Origin: Nitrososphaerota archaeon
GTDB taxonomy: Archaea > Thermoproteota > Nitrososphaeria > Nitrososphaerales > UBA57
Direction of reading: 5' to 3'
NCBI GenBank assembly: GCA_013378385.1
Contig: JACAFS010000030.1
Span: 1-12,420 of the forward strand
DNA length: 12,420 bases
A program made the position numbers and the translations under genes. Below the pieces are notes generated by a model. That model saw only the letters and a program-made list of their open reading frames with translations. It did not search any database and had not been told where the DNA came from. Shown here piece by piece: positions 8,611 through 12,420 of the stretch. The number at the start of each line of letters is the position of its first letter. Position 1 is the stretch's first letter.

Positions 8611-9342
8611 ATGAATGTTTCAATCATAATTCCAACCTATAATGAAAAAGAAAACATTGTAATTCTGACTAATAGATTAATTGAAATATTCAAGAATTCT
8701 GGACATGATTTAAAAATTATTGTTGTCGATGATAATAGTCCTGATGGAACCTCATCGGTAGTAAAAAAACTTGATTTATTTGAACAAAATATATTTCTAA
8801 TTACACGACAGGAAAAACTCGGACTAGGTTCCGCTTACCAAGCAGGTTATGATTGGTGTAAAAATAATAATTCTGAATGCATTATTCAGATGGATTCTGA
8901 TCTATCACATCCTCCTGAAATAACTATAAATCTTGTAGATTCTATTGGCGAAGGTTATGATGTGGCTATTGCATCTCGATATGTCGATAAAGGCGGTGTT
9001 AGTTCTTGGCCAATTCATCGTAAAATTATTAGTTTTATTGCAAATATGTTGGTCCGTGTATTTCTGGGCTCAAAGTTACATGATAACACTACTGGATACC
9101 GAGCATTCAACTCTGATACTATTGAACTCTTGATAAAATATGACGTAAAGTCTAATGGATTCTCCTATCTTATCGAATCAATATATTTATTCCATAAGAA
9201 AAAACTAAAAATCAAGGAAATTCCCTTCATATTCCAAGAGCGCAGTATAGGAAAAACTAAACTCTCATCATTTGAAATTCTTCGTTTTCTTTTATCAATA
9301 TTCCATCTTTTGATTTATGGAATAAAAGAAAAACCCAATTAG
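8611..9342 (+). CDS. GT2 glycosyltransferase, dolichyl/polyprenyl-phosphate mannose synthase-like
   Basis: It carries VSIIIPTYNEKENI, IVVDDNSPDGT, GLGSAY and QMDSDLSHPP, which are DPM1-type GT-A motifs, plus a hydrophobic C-terminal helix. The ORF-track start at 8602 is TTG and overlaps the DegT stop (TTGA). The in-frame ATG at 8611 gives MNVSIIIPTYNE, the typical family N-terminus. Confidence 0.8.
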   Translation: MNVSIIIPTYNEKENIVILTNRLIEIFKNSGHDLKIIVVDDNSPDGTSSVVKKLDLFEQNIFLITRQEKLGLGSAYQAGYDWCKNNNSECIIQMDSDLSHPPEITINLVDSIGEGYDVAIASRYVDKGGVSSWPIHRKIISFIANMLVRVFLGSKLHDNTTGYRAFNSDTIELLIKYDVKSNGFSYLIESIYLFHKKKLKIKEIPFIFQERSIGKTKLSSFEILRFLLSIFHLLIYGIKEKPN

Positions 9343-9343
9343 C

Positions 9344-9358
9344 AAAAAAGTAAATATA
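9344..9358 (+). promoter_or_regulatory. BRE/TATA-like element for rpoP
   Basis: A purine run AAAAAAG (9344-9350) is followed directly by TAAATATA (9351-9358). It lies 27 nt before TTG 9378 and 36 nt before TTG 9387. Confidence 0.5.
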
Positions 9359-9377
9359 CTAGCATCTACAAATAACA

Positions 9378-9557
9378 TTGAATAAATTGGAATCAGATAG
9401 TGAGAGTTTCGGCGGGGTAGTTTATGAATGTGTTCGTTGTGCTACGCCTGTTACAAATGAAGATTTAGCCGCTTTACCTGAAATAAAGTGTATATGCGGA
9501 TATAGAATATTGAAAAAAAGACGTCCATCCATAGTAAAACAAGTTAAATCGATTTAA
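9378..9557 (+). CDS. rpoP: DNA-directed RNA polymerase subunit P (Rpo12/RpoP; Rpb12 homologue), small zinc ribbon
   Basis: This ORF is not in the supplied track. The frame is open from 9363 to TAA at 9555-9557. My hand translation from TTG 9378 is (M)NKLESDSESFGGVVYECVRCATPVTNEDLAALPEIKCICGYRILKKRRPSIVKQVKSI. The core Y.C..C...(10)..LP.I.C..CGYRIL.K.RP...K.VK.I matches Sulfolobus RpoP as I remember it (YRCGKC...LPGVRCPYCGYKI...KIVKAI). The frame contains no ATG. The candidate starts are TTG at 9378 or TTG at 9387. Confidence 0.75.
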   Translation: MNKLESDSESFGGVVYECVRCATPVTNEDLAALPEIKCICGYRILKKRRPSIVKQVKSI

Positions 9558-9595
9558 TTCGTCATTCTACTAATATTTGACAAATTTTCTGTATC

Positions 9596-9603
9596 TTTTT
9601 AAA
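9596..9603 (+). promoter_or_regulatory. TATA-box-like element for the HMGCS operon
   Basis: TTTTTAAA. It lies only 16 nt before ATG 9612 but exactly 31 nt before the second in-frame ATG at 9627. Confidence 0.4.
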
Positions 9604-9611
9604 CTTTAGTT

Positions 9612-10658
9612 ATGATTATTCCAACTATGAAGAGCTCTACTCCTGTTTATATCTCAGGCTATGGAGGATACGTGCCAAAATTACGACTTCCAACATCTGA
9701 CATTGCCAAATTATGGAAAGGAAGTGGATCTGGACCTAATGAAGCAAAAAGTGTTGCAAATATTGACGAAGACACAACAACTATGGCAGTAGAATCTGCA
9801 AGGAACGCTTTATCAATGTCTGGCTTATGTGATATTGGCGCAATATTTGTAGGAACTGAATCAAAACCTTATGCTGTTAAACCCACTAGTACTATTGTGG
9901 CTCAAGCATTAGGAGTTCATAAGACTCTTGCAGCTGATTTTGAATTTGCTTGTAAAGCTGGAACTGAAGCAATGCAAGTAATAACTGGTTTGGTAGGTTC
10001 TGGCATGATTTCGAGTGGTATTGCATTAGGTGTTGATACTGCACAAGGAAGACCTGGAGACAACCTTGAATATACTGCAGGTAGTGCTGCGGCAGCTTTT
10101 GTATTAACTAATAATAGTAAACGCAGTATTGCTAAAATCGAAGCAAGTACTTCATATGTAACTGATACTAGTGACTTTTGGAGAAGACAAACTGAGTCAT
10201 TTCCTAGACATCTTTCAAGATTTACTGGAGAGCCTGCATACTTCCATCATGTTGAATCATCGGTTAAACAATTATTATCTGAAATTAATCTAAAACCATC
10301 AGATTTTAAATACGCTGTATTTCATCAACCTAATCCAAAGTTTCCTATTCAGGTTGCTAAACGTCTTGGTTTCACTACTGAACAAATTCAACCAGGTCTT
10401 TTGAATCCTATTATTGGCAATCCTTACTCTGCTAGTTCTCCTTTGGGACTAGTTTCAACTTTTGACGTAGCAAAACCTGGTGACAGAATCTTACTTGCTT
10501 CATTTGGATCAGGTGCAGGAAGTGATTCATTTTCTCTATTAGTTGAAGATGGAATAATGGATAAGGGACCTAATTATATCCCATTGACTGATATAATAAA
10601 TGATAATAAAGAAATTGATTATGCAACTTATACTAAACTTAGGGGAATTTTGAAATAA
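9612..10658 (+). CDS. Hydroxymethylglutaryl-CoA synthase (archaeal type)
   Basis: It is very close to archaeal HMGCS. Shared elements are IDEDTTTMAVESARNAL, VGTESKPYAVKPTSTIVAQALG (catalytic Glu), ADFEFACKAGT (catalytic Cys), TAQGRPGDNLEYTAG, FWRR, RFTGEPAYF, VFHQPNPKFP (His), GNPYSAS and SFGSGAGSD. The start could instead be the second ATG at 9627 (MKSSTPVYISGYG). Confidence 0.95.
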   Translation: MIIPTMKSSTPVYISGYGGYVPKLRLPTSDIAKLWKGSGSGPNEAKSVANIDEDTTTMAVESARNALSMSGLCDIGAIFVGTESKPYAVKPTSTIVAQALGVHKTLAADFEFACKAGTEAMQVITGLVGSGMISSGIALGVDTAQGRPGDNLEYTAGSAAAAFVLTNNSKRSIAKIEASTSYVTDTSDFWRRQTESFPRHLSRFTGEPAYFHHVESSVKQLLSEINLKPSDFKYAVFHQPNPKFPIQVAKRLGFTTEQIQPGLLNPIIGNPYSASSPLGLVSTFDVAKPGDRILLASFGSGAGSDSFSLLVEDGIMDKGPNYIPLTDIINDNKEIDYATYTKLRGILK

Positions 10659-10666
10659 TCAAATAC

Positions 10667-10671
10667 AGGTG
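10667..10671 (+). promoter_or_regulatory. Shine-Dalgarno-like site for the thiolase GTG start
   Basis: AGGTG is complementary to the CACCU of archaeal 16S 3' ends. It lies 7 nt upstream of GTG 10679, inside the 20-nt HMGCS-thiolase spacer. Confidence 0.5.
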
Positions 10672-10678
10672 TAATATT

Positions 10679-11818
10679 GTGCAAACTAAGATAACTGGAA
10701 CCGGACTTACAAAAATTACTGATCATTGGTCAAAGTCAATAGTAGACTTGGCGATTGATTCTGCAAAACAGGCAATATCTGAATCAAATACATCGCCAGA
10801 TGTGGTTATCTTTGCAAATACTTTGTCATCATATTCTTCAAGTCAAGAGAATCTCTCTACGATTATCTCTGAAGAATTAGGCTTGTCAGATATTACTACA
10901 TTTAAGATTGAATCATCATCTTGTTCAGGTGCAATGGCTGTTAATATAGGCCATAAATTATTGAATTCGGATAATCTTGAATCTGTTTTAATAATTGGAG
11001 CTGAGAAAATGACTGATCTTTCTCCTGCAGAAACAATCAAAGCTACTGCTCTAGGAGAAAGTTATGAATATACGCAATTTTTTGGCATAACTATGAATTC
11101 ACTTTATGCATTATTCTCTAGATTGTATATGGAAAAGCACGCCGTCACTTCTGAAGAACTATCACAGTTCTCAGTTTTATCTCATAAAAATTCAGTCACT
11201 TGTAAACATGCACAGTTCAATCGTGAATTTTCATTAGACTCAATTAATAAATCTGCCACTGTATCTTCTCCTTTACGTATGCTTAATTGTTCTCCAATTG
11301 GCGACGGTTCTGCATCTTTAGTATTATCAAAAACCAATAATTCTAATTTCGACGATGTTAATATATTGTCATCTACTTCATCTAATTCTTCAACTAGTTT
11401 CTTTTCAAGGGAAGATCTTTTGAAATTTAATTCTACAACTAGTTGTTTGAATAAATCACTTGCTGAATCAAAAATTAACTTGGAAGACATTGATTTATTG
11501 GAAATTCATGACGTAGTTCCCGCGATTACTGCAAATATTTTAGAAACAATGGGATTCTCCAAACCTGGTAATGCATCATCGGATGTTCTATCCGGTAAAT
11601 ACGATCTAAATTCAAAAGTCACTTTATCTTCTTCTGGTGGATTGAAAGCACGTGGAAACCCCCTTTCTGCTACTGGCATATATCAGATAATTGAAGTTAC
11701 AAGACAGTTACAAAATCGTTCTCATGTAAATCTTGAAGATAAAAATATTGCCCTATGCCATAATATGTCTGGCATTGATTCAAATTCTGTAGTTCATGTT
11801 TTAGGAGTTGCTAATTGA
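10679..11818 (+). CDS. Thiolase-family protein (acetyl-CoA acetyltransferase of the HMGCS/thiolase/DUF35 cluster), divergent
   Basis: 379 aa with a GTG start, preceded by AGGTG at 10667-10671. The thiolase layout is present: the nucleophile context ESSSCSGAM (Cys82, TGT at 10922-10924), NCSPIGDGSASLVL, LEIHDVVP (HDCF-like) and SSGGLKARGNPLSATG. Several normally invariant positions are altered. Confidence 0.8.
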   Translation: MQTKITGTGLTKITDHWSKSIVDLAIDSAKQAISESNTSPDVVIFANTLSSYSSSQENLSTIISEELGLSDITTFKIESSSCSGAMAVNIGHKLLNSDNLESVLIIGAEKMTDLSPAETIKATALGESYEYTQFFGITMNSLYALFSRLYMEKHAVTSEELSQFSVLSHKNSVTCKHAQFNREFSLDSINKSATVSSPLRMLNCSPIGDGSASLVLSKTNNSNFDDVNILSSTSSNSSTSFFSREDLLKFNSTTSCLNKSLAESKINLEDIDLLEIHDVVPAITANILETMGFSKPGNASSDVLSGKYDLNSKVTLSSSGGLKARGNPLSATGIYQIIEVTRQLQNRSHVNLEDKNIALCHNMSGIDSNSVVHVLGVAN

Positions 11819-12212
11819 TTTGTCCGTTTCATACTGGAGATTAAGAGATAGATATTATAGAATTATTGGCTCTATTTGTGACTCTTGCACCTACGAATCT
11901 TTTCCTAAATTCAACACTTGTCCGAAATGTAAATCTCATGATATTTCCGATAAAGAGATGCCAAATACTGGAAAAATAATTTCTTATACTCTTTCTTATG
12001 AATCCATGCCTGGATTTGAACATGAATTACCTATGTCTATTGGTTTAATTAAACTCGATAATGGCGTTAATATTGTTTCACAACTTGTAGATTCTGAAGT
12101 TGAAGATATTAAAATTAATGCAACTGTTAAAGCTGTTTTTAGAAAGATTAATGCAGATGGGAATTCTGGTCAAATCTATTATGGATATAAATTTAAAGTA
12201 ATTAATGCGTAG
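11808..12212 (+). CDS. DUF35-family protein (N-terminal C4 zinc ribbon plus OB-fold), scaffold partner of thiolase and HMGCS
   Basis: It has a CDSC...(13)...CPKC zinc ribbon followed by an OB-like region (GKIISYTLSYES...PMSIGLIKLDNGVNIVSQLVD...INATVKAVFRK). The first in-frame ATG lies downstream of the zinc ribbon, so a non-ATG start is required. Candidates are TTG at 11808, which overlaps the thiolase by 11 nt, or TTG at 11820. Confidence 0.85.
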   Translation: MLIDLSVSYWRLRDRYYRIIGSICDSCTYESFPKFNTCPKCKSHDISDKEMPNTGKIISYTLSYESMPGFEHELPMSIGLIKLDNGVNIVSQLVDSEVEDIKINATVKAVFRKINADGNSGQIYYGYKFKVINA

Positions 12213-12269
12213 AAATAGGGCAAAAGAACCATAGGATGAAGGGGATTTATCCCATTGATGCCCTATCTC
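12212..12269. repeat. Inverted repeat enclosing an inner GGGA/TCCC hairpin
   Basis: ATAGGGCA (12215-12222) pairs perfectly with TGCCCTAT (12259-12266). Two more pairs (12212-12213 with 12268-12269) follow after one A/C mismatch. The inner GGGA (12242-12245) and TCCC (12250-12253) flank a TTTA loop. The 5' arm starts at the last base of the DUF35 stop codon. Confidence 0.6.
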
Positions 12270-12286
12270 AACTCGACACTTTACTA

Positions 12287-12306
12287 ATGTAATTATTTCA
12301 TTACAT
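12287..12306. repeat. AT-rich 7-bp hairpin
   Basis: ATGTAAT (12287-12293) and ATTACAT (12300-12306) are exact reverse complements around the loop TATTTC. Confidence 0.5.
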
Positions 12307-12333
12307 AACATAACGACAAAAATATTTGACTAA

Positions 12334-12348
12334 TTTATTTATTTTTTT
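12334..12348 (+). terminator. Oligo-T tract downstream of the mevalonate-entry operon
   Basis: TTTATTTATTTTTTT contains a T7 run at 12342-12348. It is the first long T-run after the DUF35 stop, about 120 nt downstream and after two hairpins. Confidence 0.3.
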
Positions 12349-12420
12349 ACTCAATTTACTCATAAATCATAAAAAATTCATTAAAAATATCAATATTATT
12401 ATGTTTATTATTAGAATTAC

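Noticed and set aside
8945-9133. 62-aa plus-strand ORF in an alternative frame of the GT2 gene
   Set aside because: It is embedded out of frame in a GT2 gene with intact motifs. There is no slippery sequence and no sign of a frameshift.
11369-11398. Ser/Thr/Asn-rich run (SSTSSNSSTS) in the thiolase, possibly a repeat or insertion
   Set aside because: It is short, in frame and lies in a variable surface region of thiolases. It is most simply explained by compositional drift in an AT-rich genome. I mention it only as part of the general divergence of this protein.
12212-12290. Possible tRNA, C/D-box or H/ACA sRNA in the GC-richer element after the operon
   Set aside because: I could not fold a cloverleaf on either strand, because there is no T-arm GTTCRA-type loop and the acceptor and anticodon arm lengths do not fit. 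Neither strand has UGAUGA/CUGA box pairs. An ACA follows the stem, but the 3' side of the internal loop is too short for a pseudouridylation pocket. I kept it only as an unclassified structured element.
10843-12311. Minus-strand ORFs 10843-11040, 11182-11490, 11841-12023 and 12078-12311
   Set aside because: They are antisense to the thiolase and DUF35 genes. The last one extends into the intergenic hairpin region but has no start context or motif. I treat them as spurious.
12401-12420. ATG at 12401 (MFIIRI...) with A/T-rich sequence 31 nt upstream, possibly the start of the next gene
   Set aside because: Only 20 nt of the frame are visible and the whole region is AT-rich, so neither the ORF nor a promoter can be supported from this window.
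1-12420. Search for CRISPR arrays, transposase or integrase genes, terminal inverted repeats, toxin-antitoxin pairs or defence-island genes
   Set aside because: I found none by eye. Every long ORF is assigned to a housekeeping family except one small membrane protein. No spaced direct repeats are visible, and the intergenic regions are short (10-270 nt). I cannot support a novel-system claim here.

Overview
The window is visibly AT-rich and densely coding, and all recognisable genes are archaeal housekeeping genes. Gene content and AT-richness fit a streamlined marine archaeon such as a Nitrosopumilales-type thaumarchaeon, but that is inference and cannot be checked here.

Gene order:
- thrS 3' fragment (+)
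- speB, dhs and polB, running polB to dhs to speB on the minus strand
- an orphan 4-TM membrane protein (+)
- tyrS (+)
- MscS/YbdG-like channel (+)
- DegT-family sugar aminotransferase (+)
- GT2 dolichyl-phosphate-mannose-synthase-like transferase (+)
- a small zinc-ribbon ORF missing from the ORF track, which I read as RNA polymerase subunit RpoP/Rpo12 (+)
- the archaeal mevalonate-entry operon: HMG-CoA synthase, thiolase and a DUF35 zinc-ribbon/OB protein (+)

I see no CRISPR array, mobile element, rRNA or tRNA gene, and no defence or toxin-like gene. I cannot support a claim of a novel multi-gene system here; this looks like a core chromosomal region.

Points worth a second look:
- The unlisted rpoP has no in-frame ATG and a C-x-C second zinc knuckle.
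- The thiolase is unusually divergent and reads Asn where the family His of GH(P/A)xGATG is expected. The neighbouring HMG-CoA synthase is highly conserved.
- A TATA-like octamer starts exactly 31 nt upstream of an ATG at three genes. This suggests leaderless mRNAs and shorter start sites for dhs and the HMG-CoA synthase.
- dhs and speB overlap by 4 nt.
- A relatively GC-rich nested inverted repeat lies just after the operon.
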